Assembly: GCA_963762995.1 (NCBI GenBank)
Contig: CAVXMQ010000025.1
Span: 269,749-333,748 of the forward strand
Direction: 5' to 3'
DNA: 64,000 nucleotides
DNA from: an uncultured Acidobacteriota bacterium
GTDB lineage: Bacteria > Acidobacteriota > Vicinamibacteria > Vicinamibacterales > 2-12-FULL-66-21
Part shown: positions 30,871 through 41,303 of the stretch, piece after piece
Layout of the letters: each line of letters opens with the position of its first letter
Position numbering within the stretch: position 1 is the stretch's first letter
The notes under the pieces: model-generated
Seen by the model: only the letters and a program-made list of their open reading frames with translations
Database searches by the model: none
Told to the model about the DNA's origin: nothing
Program-made: the position numbers and the translations under genes

Positions 30871-33650
30871 GCATCACGCGGCGGGGATCGACGAAGAGCG
30901 TCGGCTGACCGAACGTCAGCGTTCCGACGACATCGCTGGCCAGCGCCTCCTCGGCAGATTCGTTCAGCGCGTTCAGTACATCGGCGATCAGTTCGACACG
31001 CACCTGCTGGCTCACCGAAAACGTCCTCGACACGCGCACATCCAGGATCGTCTGCGACGACAGCCGCCGTGTGCCGCGCGGCTCGAGCAGAATCCGCTGG
31101 TCCCCTTGCGGCAGCGGGATCTGGGTGGCGGCCGCCCAGGGTTTTCCGGAGAAATGCTGCAGGTTCCCCGCGAGCACGACACCGGTCCGCGGCACGCTGG
31201 CGCTTCCCATCACCCGGATCATGTGCGGCCGGTCGTTCGGCAGGCGCCCGCGCGCATTCGTGAGATCGTTCGGATCGCGGCCGAATGTCGTGTTGTAAGG
31301 AGGGCCGACCGTGCTGACTTGCGCACCCGCCGGATTCGTTCCGCTCGATGCCTGCAGCCCTGTCACCCTCGACAGCGTGTACGACCCGAACATGTGCCAG
31401 CCGCCGGAGCGGCGTTTTTCGACGGCCATGACGAGACCGTCGTACTTCAAGAAAGTAGTCGGCGGGATTTGTCAGCAGGTACTGCCGGTCTGGCCTGGGG
31501 TTCGTGAGCACGAAGACGGGGAGGAGGCTGCCGTCCGGGAGCCCGATCGTTTCCTCACGGTACTGGCTGTCCGGATCATCCTGCCATCCGATGAAGTGCG
31601 TCCCACGCTTGTGCACGTAGGCGACCGCGACGCCGATCTGGCGACCGAGCTGCCGGTCAACTCCGGCCGAGTACTCGTCGGTGCGGGGAGCGCGCGTCGC
31701 CGCGTCGATGTGCAGGTTCGTCGAATCGACCCTGGAAATGATGTTCGTGTACCCGCCCGTCGAGGCCTCGAACTGCGCGGTCGTCACTGGCGACACGCCC
31801 GGATGGAAGTAGCCGAGCTCACCAGTCAGCACTCCCTGGCTGAAGCGTCCGTAGCTCGCACGCACCATCGTGCGGCCGTCCGCCGTCAGTTTCGCGGTGA
31901 TGCCGAGGCGCGGCGACACGATGTTCCATTCGTACAGGAGCCCGCGCCCCTCGACGATCCGGTCTGTCTCCTGCCCTTCGGCATCGAGGGCGGGAAGGTC
32001 CTGGCTGATGGCACGGGTATGATCGAACCGCAGTCCAGCGTTCAGCGTCGTCCTGTCGCCCAGCGAGATGGCGTCACTGGCGAAGACGGCTCCGGACAGG
32101 AACAGGCCGCCGCTGTGGGATGGCTCGCTGGAAACGGCCTGGAACGGCGCACCACGGTTGTCGATGTACCTGGTGCCGGTGGGAATCACGATCGCGGTGT
32201 GATGTTCGCCGCGCTCGAGTTGAAGGCCGGCTTTGAATTCATGTTCGGAGCCGAACAGGCGAGGCCGGTAATGCGTGATCGTCGCTTTCCCCGTAGTGCG
32301 GCATGATCGTCAGGTCACCGAACTGCGCCGGCGCCCCGCTCGTGACATTTGTGCTTCGTTCCCGGCGGCTCGCCGTCGTTCGGCTTCCGGTGCTCGGCGG
32401 CCCCTCCTGCGCATAGAGAAAGCGCCCAACCCGTACCTCCCACACGGTGTTTGACGTGAGCGTGTGGCTCAGCGGTCCGACCGTGAACGCCGGCACGTTC
32501 GCGTGGGTCTGGGTGGTAGCCTCGAAGGGTGTGGTGCTCGTCGGACTGGCGGGGTTCAGCCATGCTTCGTAGATGCAGGCTGTTCAGTAACTGCAGGTTC
32601 GGCGTCAGCTTCCACGTGACCTTCGCAAACACCTTGTCCTGCTCGTACGTTCTCGGGTACTGCGGATCGGTGCCTGGCTGACTGTCGTAGTCGCGCAGGT
32701 ATTGATACCCGGTAAAGAACCACGCGCGGTTGCGAACGAGCGGCCCTCCGACATTGCCTGTGAAATCCCGGAACGTCTTGCGCTCGTAGCCGCTCTGACG
32801 CTCCGGAGCACCCGCGATGGGGAGCCGGACAGGCTGACTCGTTAACCCCGACGGCTGTCCGTAGTACGAAGCGTCGCTCTGGAAACGATCGCCTCCCTGC
32901 CTGGTCACCACATTGATGACCGCCCCCTGCATGTTGCCGAATTCCGCGGACGCGCCGACCGAATGCACCTGCACTTCCTGGATGAAATCGACACCCGGTT
33001 CGCGTGCGCGCCACGCCGTTGCAGGGGCACGTGAAGTTCGTGCCGTCAAACAGAAACAGGTTCTCATTCGTGCCCGAGCCCATGGCCGAGATCGTCGTGG
33101 TGATGCCGCTCGATGGCGAGGTCGGCGAAACTCCTGGTGCGGACCTGACCAGGTCGAACATGCTCGACCTGCGGGTTGGGATGGCGCGAAGGTCTTCCAG
33201 CCCAAAGCGGGTCGCGAAGCCACTGTTGCGCGCTTCGATATGCGAGCCGGCGCCTTCGACGACGATCGATTCGGCAATGCCGGCGGGTCTCAGAATCGGC
33301 GACCGCTCGATCACTTCGCCGGCGCCGATGCGAATACCTTCTTCCTGGAACGGCGCAAATCCCTTGAGCTCGACGTCCATCACATAGGAGCCGGGAGGCA
33401 GGCGAGGAAAGCGCAGCTGCCCCTGGGCGTTCGTCGTCACCGTGATCGTGCCACCAATCAGCGCCGGGGAGCTCAGACGAACGACGGCGCCCGGCAGCAC
33501 GCCGCCCTGTGAATCCCTGACGGTTCCGCGCAGTGTGCCGGTGAGATCTTGTGCGGTGACGAGAGCCGACAGGAGGAGGCAGGCGGCGACAACCCATCCG
33601 CTGTGCAGCAGCCTGCTGCGATGAGACCGTCCCGGTCGCCGGCTGCGCAT
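30839..33650 (-). pseudogene. TonB-dependent receptor with N-terminal carboxypeptidase-regulatory-like domain (multiple frame changes)
   Basis: The N-terminus has a signal peptide followed by GTLRGTVRDSQGGVLPGAVVRLSS...GSYVMDVELKGF. Plug and barrel pieces are spread over ORFs 32556-33650, 32315-33277, 30777-32189 and 30839-31450. Confidence 0.75.
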
Positions 33651-33710
33651 ACGGCCCTCTCGGATTTATCGAGGACGCTTAGTCATCGAGTCCAGACGGA
33701 GTGACAGGGC

Positions 33711-34049
33711 TCAGACCAGCGGGCGGTGATCGGTACCACACCCGCCTTCGCGCTTCCGCCTCTGCGTCTGGCATCGCCACGCAGCCGACTGTGCCGGCCA
33801 CTCGAGCTCGCTCCACGGAATCGGAACTCGCATCAGCGCACACACGGCCCATCCAAAGGGAGCCTTCATCATGATGATGTCGGGGTTTTCCTGGTTGTCC
33901 GGCTGCAGCGCGCACGGCCAGTCGCGAAGATCTTCGGTCAACCGCGCGAGGTCTGGAACCTCCGCGCGCCGCAGTGCAACCATCGCCACCGCCGCAGTCC
34001 GTTGCCGCTCAGCATTCGGCTTCCGCCGAAAGAAATCGAGAACACCCAC
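33711..34049 (-). CDS. Hypothetical protein
   Basis: The ORF has non-biased composition (MGVLDFFRRKPNAERQ...). I recognised no family, and the C-terminus may be frame-shifted. Confidence 0.3.
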   Translation of the reverse strand: MGVLDFFRRKPNAERQRTAAVAMVALRRAEVPDLARLTEDLRDWPCALQPDNQENPDIIMMKAPFGWAVCALMRVPIPWSELEWPAQSAAWRCQTQRRKREGGCGTDHRPLV

Positions 34050-34289
34050 TATCGCTCCCTTCAGATTGCGCGCTGCGCCTGGCGAATGACACCACTCTCG
34101 GAATCAACCCTCATGGAGACTAAAGGCTGCACCGCAACACTTCGCCACGTGGGGAGGACATCAGTCAAGCCTCTGATACCGAAAAACGCAGTGCTTTTTA
34201 GCTCCGTGCTGAGATGACCCTCCAGGTACGGATACTGCACGTGGCACCGACCGGCTCAGCCGTCCGAACCAAATCCAGGAGAGTACCCG

Positions 34290-34877
34290 ATGAAAATCCG
34301 TTCGACAATGCGCCTCCGTATCCTTACGGCGGCGTCCCGGCTCGCACTGGCAGTGTTGGCGCTTCTAGCCACCACGAAGACCACCCAAGCATCAGTCATC
34401 TTCATGGGGCATGAATACGAGGTTGTCGTTGCTCGAGGCGTGACCTGGGACGCTGCTCGTGCCGCAGCTACCGCGCTTGGTCCTGGTTGGGATCTGGCCA
34501 CGATAGGGACGGGCGTCGAGAATACCTTCGTCGAGTCTCTGCTTGGCCCGACCGCCCTTGGGGACCGGAGCCACGTTTGGATCGGCGCGACCGATCTGGC
34601 CCTCGAGAATTCGTTCCAGTGGATAGACGCAACACCGTTCGCTTTCACGGATTGGTGGGGCGGCGAGCCAAACAACACCGGGAATGAGGACTACCTGGCC
34701 TACGATCTGCGGTCAGGCACATGGGCATGGAATGATGCTTCGCCGACCCAAGCCTTCACCATAAACCTCGTTCGCGGATTTGTGGCGGAGCGCGTGGTCG
34801 CCGCGCCTGAACCGGCCAGCCTCTTCCTCCTCAGCATCGGCGCGGTCGCGGCCGGGCTCCGGAGACGACGCGGTTAG
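34290..34877 (+). CDS. C-type lectin domain protein with PEP-CTERM sorting signal
   Basis: A signal peptide is present. WIGATD, WWGGEPNN (EPN motif) and WAWND are CTLD signatures. The C-terminus PEPASLFLLSIGAVAAGLRRRRG is a PEP-CTERM anchor. Confidence 0.85.
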   Translation: MKIRSTMRLRILTAASRLALAVLALLATTKTTQASVIFMGHEYEVVVARGVTWDAARAAATALGPGWDLATIGTGVENTFVESLLGPTALGDRSHVWIGATDLALENSFQWIDATPFAFTDWWGGEPNNTGNEDYLAYDLRSGTWAWNDASPTQAFTINLVRGFVAERVVAAPEPASLFLLSIGAVAAGLRRRRG

Positions 34878-34960
34878 ACTAAACGTTGACGCTTGCTCTA
34901 CGGTGGTTATCACCTTTGCGTTGCCCCTACTGTTTAGCGGCAACGCAACGGCGATAACCA

Positions 34961-37745
34961 CTACTTCGTGCCTTGGAGCGTAGGGGTCGAGGGCCCGTGA
35001 AAGATCCCGTTGAATAGCAGCTTGAACGTCGCGCGTGGCTGCGCGCGGAAGTCGATCTGCGTCCCGTACGTCACCACATAGCCTTTGCCCACGCGGAACG
35101 ACACCACGTTCGCCTGGTCGCGCAGGTATTCCTCGCCGAGCAGCCAGCCGCTCTTCAGGATGTCCTTGCGCGGATAGCGCGCCGCCACCGCGGCCTCCAT
35201 GCCGAAGCCTGGACGTAGCCGGTACGCCTGGTCGCTCTCGAAGAACACCGGCCACTGCTCCGGCATGCCCCACGCGATCGGGTGATTCGGGTCGAACTCG
35301 TTCTGCAGCAGCGAGCCGGGGCAGTAGAACAGGTTCTGCGGATCCGCGACGCGGTCGCGCAGCACGGTCATCAGATTCGCGGGACTCGTAAACGCGTCGC
35401 GCAGCGCGCGATCGACCGCGCTCGCCGGGACCTGCGGCTGCTGTCCGCCGCCGCCCGCACCACCGCCGCGTCCGCCGCCGCCGCGCCCGCCACCTTCGGG
35501 CAGCGCCCTCTCGATCGGCAGGTCGAGCAGCTCGCGCGCGGTTTCCACGGCGCTTCCGATCGCGAGCAGCGTGCCGCCGTTCTCGACGAACGCGCGCAGC
35601 TTCTTCCATCCCTCTTCGCCGACGCCGAACGCCCACGACCACTCCGCCGGATCGTTGCGCTTCGCGTCGAGCCCGGCGACGATCCGCGCGCGTGAGGTGC
35701 CGGAGGGGAGCAGGATGACGTCGTACTTGGCGTTGAGGTCTCCCTGGAAGTCCTGCGACTTCACGATCTCGTGGTTGACGCCGTACTGCTCGAGGATCCA
35801 CATCAGCCAGCCGCCCGGCATGTTGCCGGCGCCCTTCCACAGGCCGACTTTCGTGTTCGGCTTCAGGCGGAAGCCGTCCACCGACCGGCGCGCGCGACGT
35901 GGCATACGCCTGGATGCCGAACGCTTCGGCCGCCTTTGTCGACGATCTTCTGCGCGGCCGGCGTCGGCGGGATGACGAAGGTGCCGGGTGCGAATTTGCG
36001 TCCCTCGGACTCGAACGCCTTCGCGGCGCGCACGATCGGCACGTTCGCCTTCTGCAGCTCCGTCACCATCTTGAACGTGCCGTACGATCTCGGGATCGAT
36101 CAGGTACGCGCCCTGTGGTCCCGGCCGCGGCGGCGCTTTCGCGGCGGCTGGCGCGATCGTTCTTCTGCAGAGTGAGCTGCGCGTCGAACGGTTTGTCGAT
36201 CTGATCGACCGTGACGCCCATCAGCATCCACAGCGTGTGTCCCGTCACGTCGTAGGGCGGCTCCGGCGGCCCGCCGGGGAACAGCCGCAGGTCCGGATAG
36301 TTCTGCTTCTCGAGCATCGTCTTGGCGAACGCGCCGTAGGGCTGCGCCGTCTTGATCACCCACGATCCCGCGTCGTACTGCTTGCCGCCGGCGGTGAAGG
36401 CGGCCGTCGCCTTGTGGATCTCGACGTCGCCGAACTTCAGGATGTCGAGCATCTCGTAGGTCGCGAACGGATCGCGCTGCGAGGCGGGGACGACGAAGGC
36501 GTAGGGAGCCTTTGCGTGTGATGTCGTCCAGTCGCGATGCACGCGGTAGAAGTTGAAGAGCCACTCGCGTCCGTACTTCGCGACGTGCGACATGCCGGCG
36601 AGCGCTGCCGTGACGCCGTAGTCCACCTGCTGGCCGAGCGTCCACGTGTCTTTCGAGTAGGGGACGGGGAAGTTCCAGCGCGATTCCTGCGGACCGATCG
36701 GGCGGCCCTTCTGCGGATTCACGTACGGATCGGCGAGGGCGCCGCTGTTGGCGATCTCGGTGAGGATGCGCGGCTGGCCGTGATAGACCATGTATTGCCG
36801 CGCCGGCGACCACATGTCGTAGCTCTCGAGCCAGCCCACGCCTTCTTTGCCTTCCCCGAGCAGCGCCGTCGCCATCGCCGTGCCCACCGCCTGCTGTCCC
36901 GCCGCGAGCGTCGGGTGGAAGTTCACGTCGTGCGGATCGGTGAACGGCGGCACGAAGATGCGCGAGCCGTTGCCCCCCATCTGGTGCATGTCGTGCGTGA
37001 TGATCGGCTTGTATTTGTTCTGGACCAGTTCGATGTTCATGCGCGTCTCTTTCTGCGTGAACATGAACCAGTCGCGGTTGTCGTCGTGCCCGACGTACTT
37101 GTGGTACAGGTCCGGATAGGTGCGCGTGTAGTTGCGTGCCCTTCGTCTTGTACCAGTGATCGATCACCAGGTGCTGTCCGTCGGGATTCTGCGACGGCAC
37201 CATCAGCACCACCGAGTTGTCGAGGATCTCGCGAATCTGCGGCGAGTTCTCCGTCGCGAGGCGATGGACGATGTTGATGATCGCCTGGCCGTTGGAGACC
37301 TCGGTCGAGTGGATCGTGGCGTAGACGCAGGTAGAACGGTTTCCCCTCCGCCGCCAGCTTCTGCGCCTCGCGCCTCCGACAGCGTGCGCGGATCCGCCAG
37401 CCGCCTGTTGATCTCGACCAACCGATCGAACTTCGCCAGATTCTGCGGCGAGCTGATCTTCACCAGCGCATACGAATTCCCCATCGTCGTCTTCCCGATC
37501 TCCTCGAACTTGACGCGATCGGTGGACTTGGCGATGAGCTGGAAGTACTCGAGGACTTTCGGATATCGCGCCAGCTCGCCATCGGCGCCCGGCTTGAAGC
37601 CGAAGAACTGCTCGGGCGTTGGGACTTGCTGCGCGGCGGCGGGGATGCTGACGAGGAGGAGGAGAAGTGTGGCGAGGACTGCGCATGCCGCGCATGTTAC
37701 ACCGGCCGTGATCGGGCTCGGGACTCGGGCTCGAGACCCGAACAC
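34961..37745 (-). pseudogene. Large secreted M14-family metallocarboxypeptidase-like protein (4 or more frame changes)
   Basis: A signal peptide is at 37745. YATIHSTEV is the Zn-binding HxxE motif. Long homologous pieces lie in ORFs 37203-37745, 36100-37773, 36063-37064 and 34961-35905. Confidence 0.7.
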
Positions 37746-37780
37746 CCGAACCCGAACACCGAGTACCGAACACCGACCCG
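37735..37780. repeat. Heptamer array (GAACACC / GAACCCG type), inverse orientation of the 25353 array
   Basis: acccgaacacccgaacccgaacaccgagtaccgaacaccgac. GAACACCGA is the reverse complement of TCGGTGTTC. Confidence 0.8.
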
Positions 37781-37788
37781 CGCGAGCG

Positions 37789-38208
37789 TCAGACCGCGGG
37801 CTTACCCCGCAGGACGCCGAGCTGGATCAGCAACCCGGTGAAGTCGTAGATCCGCCGCTCGCGCACGATCAATCCGTCCTCGACGTCGAAGACCAGCACG
37901 CATTCGAACTCGAAGCGGCGGCCGGTCGGTGGGAGGCCCATGAATTCACCCTTCTGCGTCGCCCGCACCTTGCACAGCGACATCGCCCGAGTGCCGTCGA
38001 TGCAGGGCTCCTCGAAGGCCGTCTCCCAGTCGGGGAAGACGCCGAAGAGTTTCGTGAACGACTGCTCGATCGCGGCGCGTCCCTTCGCGTGCGGGAACAT
38101 CGGGCTGGAGACGGCGGCATCCTGTGCATAGTTGGCCGCCAGTCCCTTGGGGTCGCGTTGCCTGTACGCCTCGTGATGACGTGCCAACACCTGCTGGATC
38201 GTATCCAT
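37789..38208 (-). CDS. SnoaL-like (ester cyclase / NTF2-fold) protein
   Basis: The translation is MDTIQQVLARHHEAYRQRDPKGLAANYAQDAAV...GEFMGLPPTGRRFEFECVLVFDVEDGLIVRERRIYD. Confidence 0.65.
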   Translation of the reverse strand: MDTIQQVLARHHEAYRQRDPKGLAANYAQDAAVSSPMFPHAKGRAAIEQSFTKLFGVFPDWETAFEEPCIDGTRAMSLCKVRATQKGEFMGLPPTGRRFEFECVLVFDVEDGLIVRERRIYDFTGLLIQLGVLRGKPAV

Positions 38209-38261
38209 CGCCCGCCCTCCGCCCATCCATACTATGCGATCCGCGGCCGCTTCAGCTCAAT

Positions 38262-38437
38262 TCAACGACAGCCGCACAAAAACCCTTCACCACGGAGGAA
38301 CAGAGAAACAGAGCGAACAGAGAAAACTAGATGGTTTTTACCCCGACGTCGCGATGCCTGTGAACAAAACACAAAGGGTCTCTGTTTTCTCTGTTTCTCT
38401 GATCTCTGTGGTGAAAGGTTTTTGACTGGGTGTCGTC
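38262..38437. repeat. Complete palindromic MITE-like element (about 60-bp imperfect inverted arms around a roughly 50-bp core)
   Basis: The left arm caacgacagccgcacaaaaacccttcaccacggaggaacagagaaacagag pairs with the right arm ctctgtttctctgatctctgtggtgaaaggtttttgactgggtgtcgtc. Confidence 0.75.
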
Positions 38438-38453
38438 GCCTACTGTGGCGCTG

Positions 38454-39477
38454 CTATCCAGCTTTCATCGCGAGCACCTCGAGTTTCGACTGCGTCTTCT
38501 GGTACCGCCGCCGAGTCTCGATGGCCGTCTCGAAGATGTCGCGCGCCAGCGCAACGGGTGAGACGACGCGCGCCTCGGGACCGAATCCCAGCACCCACGC
38601 GCGCAGCGACCAGTCGTTGCAGACGTTCAAGCGTGAGCGTGAGGCCGCCGTCCGCGCGTTCTTCGATCCGCTGCGAGCGATGCCACTCCCGCTCGCGGAC
38701 GAACGATGCGGCTCCAGGCTCGAACTCGATGACGATCTCTTCGGGAGCGCCGCTGTTGACGCCGAGCGAATGTGCGAACGGCTCGGGGGACAGTGGGCGC
38801 GGCTCGAAGAGTTCGTCCGTCACCGCGAACGTCTGAATCCGCTCCGCCGCGAAGTTCCGCAGCTCGCCGTAGTCGACCACCCACGCGACCAGGTAGATGC
38901 CGCCGTCAACGTACGCGAAGCGCTGCGGCTCCACGATGTAGTCCTTCGTCTGCTTCGACGCCCTGGACGCATACCTCATCGTCGCGCGCCGCCGGCGCAT
39001 CGTCGCGTCGAGCGCGCGTGCGAGGATCTCGCGCACTTTGCGTTCGTCGTGCTTCTTGCGTCCGCTGGATCTTCGCCGTCAGCAGGCGAGGCAGCTGGTC
39101 GATGAACTTCCGGCAGCCGGCCGGCAGCGCGCGTTCGATCTTCAGGAAGGCGCTATCCGCGTCGCCGAGCAGCGGCGTTCCGGCGAGCGTATCCATCAGC
39201 GTGCGGCTGAAATACAGCGCGCACATTTCCATCATGCTCAGGCCCTGCTCTTCGAGTCTCCGAACGGCTTCGCGCGCAGCTTCCACATGCAGGTGCCGTT
39301 GACCTTGTCGTCGTAGAGCGGAAATCCCGCCCGCGCCAGGGCGTCGAGATCGCGCCGGATCGTCCGCTCGCACACGCCGCGCGCCGCCGCCAGCTTCCCG
39401 ACCGTGATGCCGTTCCTCGCGCCGTCGATTTCCCGAAGGATTTCCCACTGCCGAACGACTTCTGAGCTCCTCGCCAT
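38454..39477 (-). pseudogene. WYL-domain transcriptional regulator (YafY-like: HTH + WYL + WCX), about 3 frame changes
   Basis: The HTH is MARSSEVVRQWEILREI...GITVGKLAAARGVCERTIRRDLDALARAGFPLY. The WYL core is IVEPQRFAYVDGGIYLVAWVVDYGELRNFAAERI. The pieces lie in ORFs 39238-39477, 38906-39574 and 38440-39036. Confidence 0.75.
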
Positions 39478-39564
39478 GCGCGCGAGTGTAGCGGCCGCCC
39501 GTGACAGGGCTGGTCATACGCCCGCTCTTCGCCCCTCGGCTCGTAGCACGCCCCTTCGGCGGGC

Positions 39565-39937
39565 AGGCCAGCATCGCCCTTTACGACGAACGCGCGCTTC
39601 TGCAGCAACTCCCGCACGCGATCGCGATGATCGCCCTGGAGTTCCACCGTGTCGTCGACCACCGTGCCTCCGGTCCCGCAGGCGCGTTTGAGGTCGGCGC
39701 AGAGGGCTTTCAGGAATTCGGTGTTGCGCGGCAGGTCGTAGATGACCGTCACCGTCTTGCCGCCGCGGCCTGCTTTCTCCAACCGCAGCTTCGCGACGAC
39801 GCGGTCGGGAACTGTCGTCTCGCGCGGGTTCGCGCTGCTGCACTTGCAGTTGTCCGCCGGCCAGCCGCACGTGGGGCAGATGCGTCCGCTGGTCCAGTGG
39901 AGTAGACGAGGCGGGCGTTCTTCACGAGGCCCATCAT
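39565..39937 (-). CDS. SUI1/YciH-type translation initiation factor (frame change near 39890; 3' end unresolved)
   Basis: MMGLVKNARLVYSTG... is followed in a shifted frame by GRICPTCGW...AKLRLEKAGRGGKTVTVIYDL...LKRACGTGGTVVDDTVELQGDHRDRVRELL. Confidence 0.55.
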
Positions 39938-39972
39938 CCGCGACAGGGGCGGATTCAGCAATCCAGTCTCCG

Positions 39973-40036
39973 TGAACCGCGAACCGCGAACCGAGAACCC
40001 AGAACCGAGAACCTGGAACCGGAACCTGGAACCGAG
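39973..40036. repeat. Heptamer array (GAACCGN / GAACCTG type)
   Basis: gaaccgcgaaccgcgaaccgagaacccagaaccgagaacctggaaccggaacctggaaccgaga was read directly in the divergent intergenic region. Confidence 0.85.
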
Positions 40037-40102
40037 ACGCCCGCGAAGCGGGCCGAACAACTCCGACCACCCCTGTCCAGGCCCCCCCGGCATCATGGAC
40101 AC

Positions 40103-41044
40103 ATGCAAAATCCCTTAGCTTCCGCGCTCTCGTCCGTCACCTTCGGGACTCCCATCACTCGGAACAACCTGACCATGATCCCGCTCGTCGGTCCTTCGAC
40201 CGTCGAGCAGCCGCCGTTCTATGTGTCGCTCGACGAAGCGCTCGCGCTCGGGTGGACCGAGATCACCGAGATCTCCGAGCAGGGCAGCGTGCCCGAGCTC
40301 CGGGTCATTAATAAAGGAGCGAAGCCCGTTCTCATCCTCGACGGCGAAGAGCTCCTCGGTGCGAAGCAGAACCGCGTCGTCAATCTCACCATCCTCGTTC
40401 CCGCCGCCACGACGCTGACCATTCCGGTGTCGTGCGTCGAAGCCGGACGCTGGCGCTCGAAGTCGCGATCGTTTGCTGCCGCGCCGCGGATGCAGTACGC
40501 GGAGGGGCGCGGCAAGCGGATGGCGCAGGTGACCGCCTCGATGCAGATGAACCAGTCCTACGCCTCCGACCAGGCGGAGGTGTGGGCCGACATCGCGGCG
40601 AAGTCCGCGCGGTTCGCCGTGCGCTCACGGACCAGTGCGATGGAGGACATCTTCGTCCAGCAGTCGACGTCCGTCGAGGAGTTCGTCGGCGCCGTGCATC
40701 CCGTCGACGGCCAGGTGGGCGCGCTCTTTCTCATCGACGGCGACGTCGTTGGATTCGACCTTTTCGACAGAGCCACAACACTCCGCCGCCTGCTGCCCAA
40801 GATGGTTCGCAGCGTAGCGCTCGACGCCCTCGACCGGCCGGCCGATGGGCACAGGCACGTCAAGCCCGAGCTGGAGCTTTCCATCGCGGGGCATTTCCTG
40901 GAGAAAGTCGTCGCCTCTCCCACGCACGAAGGGGCCGCCGCCGGGGCAGGACGCGACATCCGGATCGTCGGCCACGGGCTGACCGGTGGAGCACTCGTGG
41001 TGGACGATGCGGCCGTACATATTTCCGCATTCCGGCTGCACTGA
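40103..41044 (+). CDS. DUF6569 / ARPP-1-like family protein (function unknown)
   Basis: NLTMIPLVG, YVSLDEALALGWTEITEISEQGSVPELRVINKGAKPVLILDGEELLGAKQNRVVNLTILVPA...IPVSCVEAGRW matches my memory of the conserved N-terminal core of this family. Confidence 0.6.
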   Translation: MQNPLASALSSVTFGTPITRNNLTMIPLVGPSTVEQPPFYVSLDEALALGWTEITEISEQGSVPELRVINKGAKPVLILDGEELLGAKQNRVVNLTILVPAATTLTIPVSCVEAGRWRSKSRSFAAAPRMQYAEGRGKRMAQVTASMQMNQSYASDQAEVWADIAAKSARFAVRSRTSAMEDIFVQQSTSVEEFVGAVHPVDGQVGALFLIDGDVVGFDLFDRATTLRRLLPKMVRSVALDALDRPADGHRHVKPELELSIAGHFLEKVVASPTHEGAAAGAGRDIRIVGHGLTGGALVVDDAAVHISAFRLH

Positions 41045-41303
41045 AGTGATCTCGGGGGCCGATTCACCGTCTCGCAGGCAATCTCTGCTAGCCGCGATCA
41101 CACGATTGTTGGAGTCCGCGCGTGGCAAACACGCGCGTTCTCTTTCGTTCAGGACCAGTGGTTTGAGCGTCCCGTGGGGCGCGTTCGCGCGACACCACAG
41201 CACATCGTGGAGCACGTCCGAAATATGGGAGATTCGATGATGAGCTACTTTACGTAAGTCAAGGTCAAGCCGCGGATTACTGTGCATTGAGCTTGGAGGT
41301 TCC

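Noticed and set aside
36100-37773. 557-aa minus-strand ORF as an independent gene
   Set aside because: Only a short stretch (VYATIHSTEV...DHWYKTKG) is meaningful. The remainder is an Arg-rich out-of-frame reading of the same M14 peptidase gene.
37132-39105. 657-aa plus-strand ORF spanning the M14 start, the SnoaL gene, the MITE-like repeat and the WYL gene
   Set aside because: It runs antisense through three recognisable minus-strand genes and straight through a palindromic repeat. Its composition is Arg/Ala-biased.
39153-40070. 305-aa minus-strand ORF treated as one gene
   Set aside because: Only its central part is SUI1-like. The downstream part reads out of frame through the WYL regulator start, and the upstream part runs through the heptamer array. 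I therefore annotated only 39565-39937.
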